This document shows positions 19,139 through 29,081 of a stretch of 64,000 nt of DNA, in pieces (position 1 is the first letter of the stretch; every line of letters starts with the position of its first letter). Source of the DNA: Waddliaceae bacterium (GTDB lineage Bacteria > Chlamydiota > Chlamydiia > Chlamydiales > Waddliaceae); NCBI GenBank assembly GCA_963724325.1, contig CAVRUH010000007.1, positions 96,001 through 160,000 of the forward strand. Reading direction: 5' to 3'. The position numbers and the translations under genes were made by a program. A model generated the notes under the pieces. It saw nothing but the letters and a program-made list of their open reading frames with translations, was not told the DNA's origin and searched no databases.

Positions 19139-19922
19139 CGGAAAATTATTATTTCTTGGGACTGGCGGTTCTTTGGGTATTCCTGTTGTGGGATGCTCCT
19201 GCGATGTATGTCGATCATCATCACCCAGAAATAAAAGGCTTCGTCCTTCAGCCCTTATTCAGCTTAACGGCAAAAATATACTGATAGATGCAGGACCCGA
19301 TTTCCGCTATCAAGCCCTCCACAATAACATAATGAACCTCGATGGCGTCATTCTCACTCACTGCCACCACGATCACACTGCCGGTATTGATGAACTGCGC
19401 GTTTTCTATATGTATACTCACAAACCCCTGCCATGCCTCCTCTCTGCATTTTCTGCTGAAGACCTGAAGATTCGCTACGCCTATGTCTTCGGCAAGAGCG
19501 ATGTACGAAAATTAGTGCCTCGCATAGCATTCCAAGAACTAAAAGGGGAAAGGGGAGAGGTAGATTTTATCGGAATCAAAATAAAGTATATGACATACGA
19601 TCAAATGGATACCCCCGTGAATGGATTTCGCATTGGCGATTTGGGCTTCATTACCGATATTCGGGAATTCCCTGTGACTATCTACGAGGACTTAAAAGGA
19701 GTCAAAACATTGGTCTTAAGCGCCCTGCGTGAAGAGGGTTCGCCTATGCATTTTAGCTTTCGCGAGGCCATTGATTTTGCCCATAAAATTGGAGCCCAAA
19801 ACACCTGGTTTACCCATGTCGCTCATGAAGTGGACCATGAAAAAATGAGCGCTTTGCTGCCCCCGGGAATGGCTATTGCGTATGACGGACTTGAAATACC
19901 TTTTGAATATGGAGATGATTAA
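19131..19922 (+). CDS. MBL-fold metallo-hydrolase (PhnP/YycJ-like)
   Basis: FLGTGGSLGIPVVGCSC.VC, LIDAGPD, THCHHDH; adjacent to hflX as in chlamydiae. Confidence 0.9.
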   Translation: MSSGKLLFLGTGGSLGIPVVGCSCDVCRSSSPRNKRLRPSALIQLNGKNILIDAGPDFRYQALHNNIMNLDGVILTHCHHDHTAGIDELRVFYMYTHKPLPCLLSAFSAEDLKIRYAYVFGKSDVRKLVPRIAFQELKGERGEVDFIGIKIKYMTYDQMDTPVNGFRIGDLGFITDIREFPVTIYEDLKGVKTLVLSALREEGSPMHFSFREAIDFAHKIGAQNTWFTHVAHEVDHEKMSALLPPGMAIAYDGLEIPFEYGDD

Positions 19923-21221
19923 ATGAAAGATAAAGAAGGTTTCTACAGAGAAGATGAAGAGAAGCGGGCTCTGCTTGTTTCAGTGTATGAAGGACCCTCT
20001 TTCAGAACCATTTGCGAAGAACATTTAGATGAACTCGAATTCCTCTGCAAAACCTATGGTCTAGAAATACTGGGAAAAATCCCATGCCAAGTGAAAGAGC
20101 ATAATGCTGCAACCTTCGTATCGACAGGAAAACTAGAAGAGCTTGTTGCTGAATCAGAAAAACTTAAACCCGACATCATCGTATTTGATGACGAGATTTC
20201 ACCCGCTCAACAGCGCAACCTGGAAGAGATTTTTCACATTCCAGTGATTGACCGTACCGAAGTAATTTTAGGCGTATTTGCTCAAAGAGCCCATTCTAGA
20301 GAAGCTCAGCTCCAGGTTGAATTAGCACAAGTGAAATACCAATCTCCACGCCTAAAAAGGATGTGGACTCACCTTTCACGTCAACATGCCACCACCGGCG
20401 GCGGCGCCTACCTTAAGGGAAAAGGTGAAAAACAAATTGAACTCGATAGGCGCCTCGTAAAAGATCGCATTGTACATCTTCAAGACGAAATAGAAACAAT
20501 TTCTAATCATCGAAAAGTCCAACGACAGGCGCGCATCCGCGCCGGCATCCCCACATTTGCCATTATCGGCTACACCAATGCAGGGAAATCAACGCTTCTC
20601 AATGCCCTCACTGATGCCAACGTTTTTGTTGAAGATAAACTTTTCGCCACTCTCGACACAACAACTCGCAAATTTGTATTCCCTAATCATCAAGAAATTC
20701 TTTTGATCGATACCGTAGGATTTATTCGGAAATTACCTCACCTAGTCGTTGCCGCCTTCCGAAGCACCCTCGAAGAGGCCCTCCAGGCCGATATCCTGCT
20801 CCACATCGTAGATGTCAGTCATCCAATGGCCGACGAACAAACTAACGCTACCTTCGAAGTCCTTAAAGAGCTAGGCGCCGAAAAAAAACCAGTGATTACT
20901 GTCCTCAATAAGATCGATAAATGCGAAAATACCTTGATGATCACCCGAATGAGAGTAAAATATCCCAAAACTGTCCAGATCTCTGCCTTCAATCGCACGG
21001 GGTTTGATCAACTGCAAGAAATGATGATTGCAGAACTTACCCACCTCCGTACTATCATGAAATTGCGTATTCCACAGTCAGATTATGCAGCTGTCAGCGA
21101 AGTCCTTCGCGAAGGAAAGGTGCTCGAACAAACCTACGAAGAAAACGATATCCTCCTGCAAGTTGAAATCCCGCCAGAACTGGCGAGCAGACTAAAAAAG
21201 TACGAACAGCTCGATGAGTGA
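19923..21221 (+). CDS. hflX: GTPase HflX
   Basis: GYTNAGKSTL, DKLFATLD, DTVGF, NKID. Confidence 0.97.
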   Translation: MKDKEGFYREDEEKRALLVSVYEGPSFRTICEEHLDELEFLCKTYGLEILGKIPCQVKEHNAATFVSTGKLEELVAESEKLKPDIIVFDDEISPAQQRNLEEIFHIPVIDRTEVILGVFAQRAHSREAQLQVELAQVKYQSPRLKRMWTHLSRQHATTGGGAYLKGKGEKQIELDRRLVKDRIVHLQDEIETISNHRKVQRQARIRAGIPTFAIIGYTNAGKSTLLNALTDANVFVEDKLFATLDTTTRKFVFPNHQEILLIDTVGFIRKLPHLVVAAFRSTLEEALQADILLHIVDVSHPMADEQTNATFEVLKELGAEKKPVITVLNKIDKCENTLMITRMRVKYPKTVQISAFNRTGFDQLQEMMIAELTHLRTIMKLRIPQSDYAAVSEVLREGKVLEQTYEENDILLQVEIPPELASRLKKYEQLDE

Positions 21222-21906
21222 CCTAGTTTATTCAATCAGAAATCTGCCAGAACAAGACCGTCCACGCGAACGTTTATTGCGTCATGGACCAGAATCACTG
21301 TCGACTGCCGAGCTTATTGCAATCCTCCTCGGAAGCGGCACCAAAACGATGCCTGTTCTCCAACTCGCGCACGAAGTGGTCGCTAAGTTCGGGACAATTA
21401 ATCGTCTTGCAGAAGCCACTATAGAAGAATTGTGCGAAATTAAAGGCGTGGGACCTGCCAAAGCGATACAACTGCGAGCAGCACTTTCCTTGGGAAGTCG
21501 AGCTAGCACAGGCCTAGCACCCCAAAAAATGAGAATAAGATCACCCGCCGATGCTTATGAACTGCTGCGCAGCGACCTTGCTTCCGAAAAACGGGAACTT
21601 TTCGTCACTATTCTTATGGATATTCGTGGTTGCGTCATTAATCACCAAGTGGTTGCCATCGGAACCCTCTCCTCAGTATCCCTGCATCCCCGAGAGATAT
21701 TTTATCCAGCCATTAGACACAAAGCCGCCAGCATTCTGCTAGCTCACAACCATCCCAGCGGCGACCCAACCCCCTCAAAAGAGGACCTGGACCTGACTTC
21801 CTCCCTAATTGATGCCGGAAAGCTCATGGGCATTCCCGTTAATGACCACATCATTATCGCCGAAAAAGGATTCATATCCCTTCGTGAGCGTGGTTTTAAG
21901 TTTTAG
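21214..21906 (+). CDS. radC: RadC/JAB-domain DNA repair protein
   Basis: RPRERL, ELIAILLGSG, HPREIF, AHNHPSGDPTPS.ED, DHIII. Confidence 0.93.
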   Translation: MSDLVYSIRNLPEQDRPRERLLRHGPESLSTAELIAILLGSGTKTMPVLQLAHEVVAKFGTINRLAEATIEELCEIKGVGPAKAIQLRAALSLGSRASTGLAPQKMRIRSPADAYELLRSDLASEKRELFVTILMDIRGCVINHQVVAIGTLSSVSLHPREIFYPAIRHKAASILLAHNHPSGDPTPSKEDLDLTSSLIDAGKLMGIPVNDHIIIAEKGFISLRERGFKF

Positions 21907-21974
21907 AAAAAAAACTTTTCACTAAATACGCATCTGTGCTACAACGAAATCATGTAAATAAAAATGGAGTATAC

Positions 21975-23162
21975 ATGATTACCAATGTGGTCTTAGATAT
22001 CGATGGAGTTTTAGCTGCCAGGAATGCAGATTGTCTTGAGAATGCAATATTCTTTAAAAATAAAGGCATGATAATGACAGTAATCAAAACGCATTATATT
22101 TTTCCAGGGGTCATTGAATTCATAAAATTTTTATTTGAAACCAAAGATGTTAAAGTTTCTTTTTATAGCTCCGGTGCTGAAATACGAAATGTAGATTTTG
22201 TTAAAAATTTATTAAAAATTTGTGTAGAGAAATCTAAATATAAAGAATTAAAGAAAAAAATAACTATTTTATCGAAAAATGATTTGGTTAACTGCATGCA
22301 ATACGAATCTAACGAACAATATAGACTTTATGGAATATCCCCAGGAAGTAATCAAAAAGATATTAAAAAGGTAATTCTTAAAGATGGAGGTCTATTAGAA
22401 AATTCTGTTTTAATCGATGATGATAAGTCATGTATTGCTTGTGGCCAGGCTAAAAACATATTGCTTGTAGAGGCTACTAAAGCTAAAAATTTTTCAAAAT
22501 TAAAATCCAATCACAAGTTTTGTCAGCCTAATGGATACGTATTTTTACCCTGTTATTTAAACAAGGAAATTGAAGAGTATGATGTGCGAATGGTAAAACT
22601 TGGAAAACACATTTTGATATTGAAATCAGATGAAAATTTTGAAGTTTGTTTCTTACATAAAGAGTTCGGATATCAAAAAAAAACTATAAATATAAAGGAA
22701 ATTCCACAACTTGTTGAATTATCCAACAATTTTGAAATGGGTCGTTACCGTGTAAAAGATTACGAGTTGCTAAAAAATATTTGCGAGCTAGTTAATGTCT
22801 TTGGTGGACATATGCAAAGAATATGCAAAGGCCCTAATCGCATTTTCTACGCCGCAGGCCTGCTATCAACTGCCCTTGAAGAATCAAAAAGAGAAAAAAT
22901 TCCTATCTCTGAGGTCTTATTCAGGAAACAATTCAAATTGAATGAAGATGGTAAAACTTATCAACCAGATTTCAATACTGTGCATAAAATGGAGAATCTC
23001 TATTGGCTGGGATTAGAAAAATTGAGGGCATTCAATCCTAATCTGCAATTCACTAATCCAATCAATTATGTCGAATGCATCAAGCTCCCTATATCCGAGG
23101 ATGAAAAATTAGAACTAGAAAAATTTATCAAAAATGAAGAGACCGGTTGCTGCATTATGTAG
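21975..23162 (+). CDS. HAD/NIF-like phosphatase with C-terminal CaaX box (candidate effector)
   Basis: GGAG RBS; VVLDIDGVL (motif I), YSSG, LIDDD (motif IV); ends GCCIM-stop. Confidence 0.7.
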   Translation: MITNVVLDIDGVLAARNADCLENAIFFKNKGMIMTVIKTHYIFPGVIEFIKFLFETKDVKVSFYSSGAEIRNVDFVKNLLKICVEKSKYKELKKKITILSKNDLVNCMQYESNEQYRLYGISPGSNQKDIKKVILKDGGLLENSVLIDDDKSCIACGQAKNILLVEATKAKNFSKLKSNHKFCQPNGYVFLPCYLNKEIEEYDVRMVKLGKHILILKSDENFEVCFLHKEFGYQKKTINIKEIPQLVELSNNFEMGRYRVKDYELLKNICELVNVFGGHMQRICKGPNRIFYAAGLLSTALEESKREKIPISEVLFRKQFKLNEDGKTYQPDFNTVHKMENLYWLGLEKLRAFNPNLQFTNPINYVECIKLPISEDEKLELEKFIKNEETGCCIM

Positions 23163-23195
23163 GCTAAAACGTACTGATAAACTCAAGGAATATAT

Positions 23196-23948
23196 ATGGA
23201 AGCACCAGCAACATTAAACGCTACAAATACTTGTATTTTTTTTCAGAGACCTAAAGAGATTTGTATTGATGAGGAACTTGTAACTCGTTATTCCACCTCT
23301 CAAAAAATTGAAACTTTAATAGCAGATCTAAAGGAAAAAGGTCCACTTATTGGGCTCGGAAAGATCGGACCCAACTGTTACAATGAACCCTGTTTTAAAT
23401 TGAAACATAAATTTGAGGGACAAGACATCTATGGTTGGAAACCAGGTCTAGAACGCAAAGACCGCCCCGCCTCAAGCTACGTTATTGTTTTGGGCGCACA
23501 AAAAATAGAAAATCGAGCATTTGTCTATTTTACTCTGTCTCTGGATATCACACCAGACACTAAAACCTATTTTAGAAAATATGTCCCATCACCCATCGAT
23601 ACCAAAATATATGTGGTTTCACATAAGAAATTTGGAGATTATTTGACAGATTTATATGCCCCTGGAGTTAATCTTGAAAAGAAATATTTGGATCAACTGA
23701 TCTCAATTGAGCCATTAGATTCAATTCTTGATCGAGGTGAAGTAGAAAAGCGCTGTAAGGCAATAGGACAAGCGATATTTGATGAATACAAATCTAGAGC
23801 ACGTGGTGATAGTTTAGCAGGACGTGATGGCGTGGCTAAGATATGCGATAGTCTTCGAAATGCCTGTCTTGACGGTCTTCTTCGTAAGCAATACGTAGAA
23901 AAAGCTTGGGCAGGAATAGGTGACGATAACTGGTTTTGGATGCCCTAA
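23196..23948 (+). CDS. Hypothetical protein
   Basis: 250-aa ORF, AAGGA RBS; C-terminal AWAGIGDDNW. Confidence 0.7.
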   Translation: MEAPATLNATNTCIFFQRPKEICIDEELVTRYSTSQKIETLIADLKEKGPLIGLGKIGPNCYNEPCFKLKHKFEGQDIYGWKPGLERKDRPASSYVIVLGAQKIENRAFVYFTLSLDITPDTKTYFRKYVPSPIDTKIYVVSHKKFGDYLTDLYAPGVNLEKKYLDQLISIEPLDSILDRGEVEKRCKAIGQAIFDEYKSRARGDSLAGRDGVAKICDSLRNACLDGLLRKQYVEKAWAGIGDDNWFWMP

Positions 23949-24068
23949 AAAATGCTATATTTTATTATTACCTAATTAGTACATAGGGCAAAATTGGCCT
24001 TTTTTGATTTGTCAAATTGTGTTATAATTTTTGCATAATATTAGAAATTTTTAGGTAAAAAAAATATC

Positions 24069-25424
24069 ATGAATGCAATTATCAGTGCTTTTCATTCAAT
24101 TTCGACTAGATTTTATGATGGTATCAGAAGAAAAGAATATTCGGGAGATATCGTAAAAATATTACCCGCAGGTGTGCTAGAGATAATTTTAGAGAAACTA
24201 TCAGTACATGAGCTGGCTGTATTTCAGACAGTTTCTAAAGATTGGAAAGAAAAAGTAGATGAATTCTATAAAGAAAAATGTATTACCCTAATGAAGCCCA
24301 ATGGAACATCTTGGCAACATCATGCTTATCTTTTGGCAAAACAAATCACTCATATTCAAAATAAACGATTTTTAGACCATGATCTGCGCATCTTTGTAGA
24401 CAAGCCCAATGCCTATTACGGACTGTTACGAAGTGGTGAATACATCTGTGCTTATCAACATTCAATTTCTAATTTGAAAGTAATAATTTATAGGTCTGAA
24501 GGTGATCACAAGGCTATTTTTGATAAAGACTTCGAACTAATTAAGCAAGGTGACATAACCATCCGGGGTTTTAACTACCCTGATTTATTTGTTTTAGAAA
24601 AAAAACGTCCTGGCAGGGTGGTTGGATTGGATGTGAAATACGAGATGGATAGCGGTAATGTATATGGGCATGATGATGGTACCTGGAATTGTACGTTTAT
24701 ACAATATCATCATGGATATTTAATTCGCGGTGGAAATGAAAATGGTGTTAATTCTATTAGAATATTCCATTCCGGATTTAATGCTGAATGGGATGACCCG
24801 GCCTATTATTCTGATCTTTGTTTGATTGCTCATGAAAAAAAACTTTTTTACGCAGGTCATCAGGGAGTCCTCATCATTCGAAAACTAGTTAGCCCCTTTG
24901 AAAGAACGGTACTTTCACCAGCTGTAGAAGAATTATCTCAGGAAAATTTACAATTATTTTATAGTCATAATGCAAAAGAGGAGATTCCTAAAGGCCTTGA
25001 GCTTAAATTCGAACTTTTAAGGGATCATATTAGCTCCATTGTAGTTGATGGCACCTGCGTTGCTACATGCACAAAATCGGCGATTAGAATTTGGAATATT
25101 TCTTCTGGGAAAATGATTCAAAAAATTGCTTTGGAAGGGGAATTTCGCTTGATACATCTTGAGGGTCATCTTATCATAGCTCAAAAGAGTCCTGATTATT
25201 TGTGTGTATGGAATGCTTTCACTGGGAAGTTAGTGGCAGAAATATGGATGCCAGATACAGATTGCACACGGTTGGCTACTACTTTTTATGATGGAAAACT
25301 CTACTATTTAAAAAAAGATGGAGATGTTTACAGGTTAGCGTATACACCGTTGGGCCTATCTAAGCCATTGAAAAACCGTTTTCCGGCCTTTACCGAGGGA
25401 CGATTTTTAACGAATAATCCTTGA
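24069..25424 (+). CDS. F-box + WD40/beta-propeller-like protein (candidate effector)
   Basis: LPAGVLEIILEKLSVHELAVFQTVSKDW F-box; IRIWNISSGK and LCVWNAFTGK WD-like ends. Confidence 0.8.
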   Translation: MNAIISAFHSISTRFYDGIRRKEYSGDIVKILPAGVLEIILEKLSVHELAVFQTVSKDWKEKVDEFYKEKCITLMKPNGTSWQHHAYLLAKQITHIQNKRFLDHDLRIFVDKPNAYYGLLRSGEYICAYQHSISNLKVIIYRSEGDHKAIFDKDFELIKQGDITIRGFNYPDLFVLEKKRPGRVVGLDVKYEMDSGNVYGHDDGTWNCTFIQYHHGYLIRGGNENGVNSIRIFHSGFNAEWDDPAYYSDLCLIAHEKKLFYAGHQGVLIIRKLVSPFERTVLSPAVEELSQENLQLFYSHNAKEEIPKGLELKFELLRDHISSIVVDGTCVATCTKSAIRIWNISSGKMIQKIALEGEFRLIHLEGHLIIAQKSPDYLCVWNAFTGKLVAEIWMPDTDCTRLATTFYDGKLYYLKKDGDVYRLAYTPLGLSKPLKNRFPAFTEGRFLTNNP

Positions 25425-25484
25425 CTTAAAAATCAATTTTTGATAAATTATTGTCTAATTTAATATTTAAGATTATGTATAAAT

Positions 25485-26312
25485 ATGCTGGATTGGCAGG
25501 GGATTGTTCAAAATTATATTATAAAGTATTCAAATCGAATTAAGGCTGCAACACAACCTTTAAAGGATCATTTCGGAATTGGATACTTCACTTATCATCG
25601 CATTGATGACGAAGGGAAATATTCCGTGCTCGTGGACAATCCCATATGGGCAGAACACTACGTGGGCAATCAAATGTATCTTAACGATCCTTATTTAAGA
25701 CAATCAAAAGTTTATAGACCTGGATTATGCTTAGTAGATACCAATGGGTCTGCACAGTTCAAAAAAACAGTAATGAAAGAAGGAAAAAAAATTCTCGACC
25801 TAGATGTTGGCGTGATGCTTATCCAGAAGGAGAATAATGCTGTAGAATTTTTCGGATTTGCAGGAAATAAGAGCACGAGTTCCCTCCAAAATATCCATTT
25901 GAATCATTCACATCTATTAAAATCTTTTGCTAATCATTTTAAAACTGAAATGAGCAGTACTATTGCAAATATGAATGAGGAAGGCATTTTCCTCCCGCAG
26001 CTTAAGGGAAAAGACTTTTTCGCAAATCAATCCATTTCTACCGAAATTGATCATGTATCACGCCTTGGCTTCTACAAAGATATTGGACTAAAATGCGACT
26101 TTGAGATGTTCGACAAGCTTACGTCTCGTGAACTTGATTGCTTGAGATTGCTCCTCGAAGAAAAATCGGCGAAGGAAACAGGTGTTGCCCTGGGAATATC
26201 TCGTCGCACTGTCGAGTCTTATCTGGATAACATTAAAGCAAAATTCTCCTGCTGGGGAAAATATGATATCCTAAAGATAGCCAGGACCTTTCGCGATGTT
26301 GGTCTTATATAG
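25485..26312 (+). CDS. LuxR-family regulator with N-terminal ligand-binding domain
   Basis: C-terminal LTSRELDCL...SAKETG..LGISRRTVESYL.NIK.K HTH; W...Y......DP in the N-domain. Confidence 0.88.
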   Translation: MLDWQGIVQNYIIKYSNRIKAATQPLKDHFGIGYFTYHRIDDEGKYSVLVDNPIWAEHYVGNQMYLNDPYLRQSKVYRPGLCLVDTNGSAQFKKTVMKEGKKILDLDVGVMLIQKENNAVEFFGFAGNKSTSSLQNIHLNHSHLLKSFANHFKTEMSSTIANMNEEGIFLPQLKGKDFFANQSISTEIDHVSRLGFYKDIGLKCDFEMFDKLTSRELDCLRLLLEEKSAKETGVALGISRRTVESYLDNIKAKFSCWGKYDILKIARTFRDVGLI

Positions 26313-26317
26313 ACACC

Positions 26318-26334
26318 ACCGTAACCGTTACGGT
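26318..26334 (+). promoter_or_regulatory. Lux-box-like palindrome upstream of the GNAT promoter
   Basis: ACCGTAA-ccg-TTACGGT, 22 nt before TATAAT (26357-26362, extended -10). Confidence 0.65.
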
Positions 26335-26382
26335 AAAATATTAATTCGTGCTTTGTTATAATATGGCCTAAAATATCCAACA

Positions 26383-27105
26383 ATGGAGGATGAAATGATT
26401 AAATTTGATGTGCTTCAAGCGTATGAAAAATGTTATGATGCAATGTTACCTGCGCAGGAAAAAGGAAAAGATGGATTTGTCTGGTTTACCGGACTCCCAC
26501 ACCCAATTTTCAATGCTGTCTTGCATCTCAGATCCAATGCCAATTTAGCTGAAAGAGTTGATGCTCTTATTGCAAAGGCGCCGAGCGGGGTTCCACTATC
26601 TTTTTGGGTTCATGATCAGAATGAACCTGCCAATCTTGCAGAAATTTTAAAGGAGAGAGGATTTAAATTATTAATGAACGTGCCATTAATGATTTGGAAG
26701 GTTCAAGATGTAATTTTATCAAATTGCGAGATAAAATTAGATCACACAGAAATATTCTATGATCTTTTAGCTAAGAATTTTCACTTGGATGAAATAACGA
26801 AAAAAAGCTTCGTGAAAATGTTGTCCGATTCAAAAGCCGAGAATTATGTGGTCTATATTGAGGGCCGTGCAGTGGGTACAGGGACGCTTTTTCCAACCGG
26901 AAATACAGCCGGCATATTTAATATCTCAACCTCAAGAGAATTTCAAAGGAGAGGCTGCGGCAAGGCAATGATGCAATTTCTTATGAAGCGGGCTAAGGAA
27001 TTAGGCATGGAATATTTAATACTTCACAGCACCCCAGTTGGAATAAAGTTATATTCCAGCTTAGGATTTGAAAAGTGCCTCGACGTCGAAATGTATACCC
27101 ATTAA
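26383..27105 (+). CDS. GNAT family N-acetyltransferase
   Basis: GIFNIST..EFQRRGCGK, LYSSLGF. Confidence 0.9.
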   Translation: MEDEMIKFDVLQAYEKCYDAMLPAQEKGKDGFVWFTGLPHPIFNAVLHLRSNANLAERVDALIAKAPSGVPLSFWVHDQNEPANLAEILKERGFKLLMNVPLMIWKVQDVILSNCEIKLDHTEIFYDLLAKNFHLDEITKKSFVKMLSDSKAENYVVYIEGRAVGTGTLFPTGNTAGIFNISTSREFQRRGCGKAMMQFLMKRAKELGMEYLILHSTPVGIKLYSSLGFEKCLDVEMYTH

Positions 27106-27797
27106 TCAGTTAATAGATCGGCCAATTTTTGAGGTTGGGTGATCATTGGATAGTGACCTGAGTCAAGGAGGCGACAACGGATACCGAGCTCCTTGGCTCG
27201 CACAAGCATTGGGTTTAAAGCGCTGTCTTGAGTACATTTAATGTAAATTTTGTCCAAGTTTTTAATAGCATTATTTTTTAAATGTATTGGCTGTTGAAAT
27301 GTTTTGAGGGGATGGGGAGTGCTATAAGCGTTAAATCTTTTTATGTCTTCTGGGTCGCTTAAACCACATTTTTCCGCTGAAGCTGGTTGCACCTGCCAAC
27401 CTTCCCCATTATCTTTCGCACTATTATAAAGATGGTCGACGATATTTTGGTCGATGATGTCAAACATGCTTTCCCCATCAAATGGAAGAAGGGCGTCTAC
27501 ATAAATGAGCTGTTTTATTTTTTGGGGAACTCTATCTGCAACGCCTGTGATTACCATCCCTCCATAACTATGTCCCACGAGGTTTATGTTGTCTAAATCT
27601 TCGTAAATTATTGTGTTTACAATGTCTTCGATATGTAAATCTAGATCGATATTTTTATGACTTAGATGTTTTCTTTCTCCCAATCCCGTAAGAGTTGGTG
27701 TTAGAACTGTTTGTCCAGTTAGTTCTAGGAATGAACGCACTTTGTTCCAGCACCAACCACCTGACATACCACCGTGAACCAGTAAAAAAATCGACAT
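27102..27797 (-). CDS. Alpha/beta hydrolase (esterase)
   Basis: FLLVHGG..GGWCW, GHSYGG nucleophile, SGHYPM; start at ATG 27797. Confidence 0.9.
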   Translation of the reverse strand: MSIFLLVHGGMSGGWCWNKVRSFLELTGQTVLTPTLTGLGERKHLSHKNIDLDLHIEDIVNTIIYEDLDNINLVGHSYGGMVITGVADRVPQKIKQLIYVDALLPFDGESMFDIIDQNIVDHLYNSAKDNGEGWQVQPASAEKCGLSDPEDIKRFNAYSTPHPLKTFQQPIHLKNNAIKNLDKIYIKCTQDSALNPMLVRAKELGIRCRLLDSGHYPMITQPQKLADLLTD

Positions 27798-27905
27798 AAG
27801 GTAACCTCGAGACAGGATTATACACCGTCTTAAGATATGTTTCAATATTGAAGGTTATTGCGCAATATGATAACCTGTTTATAAACAAATTTTTCAGGAG
27901 TGAGA

Positions 27906-28244
27906 ATGAAAAAAATAATTTTTTCGGCTTTTCTATTGTTTGTCTTTAAAGTCAATGCTATGGAATACGAAGTTCAATTTGAAAATAGTAAAGTTGTCAT
28001 TGCGAAGGTTAAAATACTGCCTCACGAGGAAATTGGTTTGCACCGCGATGATTTTAATGAAGTGATTGTTGCGCAAAAAGGTGGAACGATCACACGTCAG
28101 GAACCTGATGGCAGGCTTGTAGAAATTCATTTTCCTGCAGGAGAGGCCGTTTTTCGCCCCATAGATCCGCCAAACGAGCTACACAAAAGCTTCAATAACA
28201 GCAGTGAACCCTTGGAGCTCATTGTCATTCGATTAAAGGATTAA
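27906..28244 (+). CDS. Secreted cupin-domain protein
   Basis: Signal peptide; P.EEIGLH.D...H...N cupin motifs. Confidence 0.75.
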   Translation: MKKIIFSAFLLFVFKVNAMEYEVQFENSKVVIAKVKILPHEEIGLHRDDFNEVIVAQKGGTITRQEPDGRLVEIHFPAGEAVFRPIDPPNELHKSFNNSSEPLELIVIRLKD

Positions 28245-28255
28245 ACGAGTGAACT

Positions 28256-28293
28256 TGGAGTAAAGCCGCACCCATTGGGAGCGGCTTATTCCA
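28256..28293 (+). terminator. Probable terminator hairpin
   Basis: AAGCCGCaCCCattGGGaGCGGCTT just after the cupin gene. Confidence 0.5.
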
Positions 28294-28385
28294 AATTTCT
28301 TTGCATTTTCAACTTTGAAATTGTTGTTGAAAATAATGTATCAATTTTGGTACTATCAAACTATAGAGGTAAGGGATGAAGAAGA

Positions 28386-28733
28386 GTGAAAGATCGACCC
28401 AAAAAAATTCTCGATGTGTTGTTTTATTGTGAATCGAATGGCAATGAACCGGTAAGAAAATGGCTAAGATCTCTCGATAAAGAAGTTAGGTCTATCATTG
28501 GTAAGGATATTTGCACCATTCAGGAAGGATGGCCTCTTGGAATGCCCTTAGTTGATAATCTAGGTTCAGGGCTATGGGAGGTTCGTAGCACAATCCCAAG
28601 GGGGATAGCACGGGTTATTTTTGTGATGAGGGAGTCTCAAATGATTCTTCTTCATGGAATTATTAAAAAAACTCAGAAAACGCCTTCGCAGGATAAAGAA
28701 ATTGCAATAAGGCGTTCGAAAAATATTGTTTAG
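28386..28733 (+). CDS. Type II toxin, RelE/HigB (Gp49/DUF891) family
   Basis: FY...GNEPVRKWL, GWPLGMPLV, GLWEVRS, LLHG.IKKTQKTP. Confidence 0.9.
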   Translation: MKDRPKKILDVLFYCESNGNEPVRKWLRSLDKEVRSIIGKDICTIQEGWPLGMPLVDNLGSGLWEVRSTIPRGIARVIFVMRESQMILLHGIIKKTQKTPSQDKEIAIRRSKNIV

Positions 28734-28742
28734 GAGTTAAAA

Positions 28743-29024
28743 ATGGGAAAACATAAACATATTGGCTCAAAATTTGATGACTTTCTCGAAGAAGAGGGAA
28801 TCCTCGAAGAGTGTAAAGAAGAGGCTGCAAAACGCGTACTTGTTTGGCAACTTGAGCAGGAAATACAAAAACAACATCTCACTAAAAACGAATTTGCAAA
28901 GCGGATGCACACTAGCAGGGCGGCTGTAAATAGGATTTTAGATCCACAAAAATCTTCTACACTCAGATCTTTGAATGCAGCTGCTCGAGCTGTAGGAAAA
29001 CGACTCAAAGTATCACTTGTCTAG
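28743..29024 (+). CDS. XRE/HigA-type HTH antitoxin
   Basis: HIGSKFDDFLEEEG, A.RM.TSRAAVNRILDP; toxin-first gene order. Confidence 0.88.
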   Translation: MGKHKHIGSKFDDFLEEEGILEECKEEAAKRVLVWQLEQEIQKQHLTKNEFAKRMHTSRAAVNRILDPQKSSTLRSLNAAARAVGKRLKVSLV

Positions 29025-29081
29025 CTTTGGATAACATAAATTGGAGGGCTAGAGTATCTCCATTGAGTTGTGGCAGCATTG

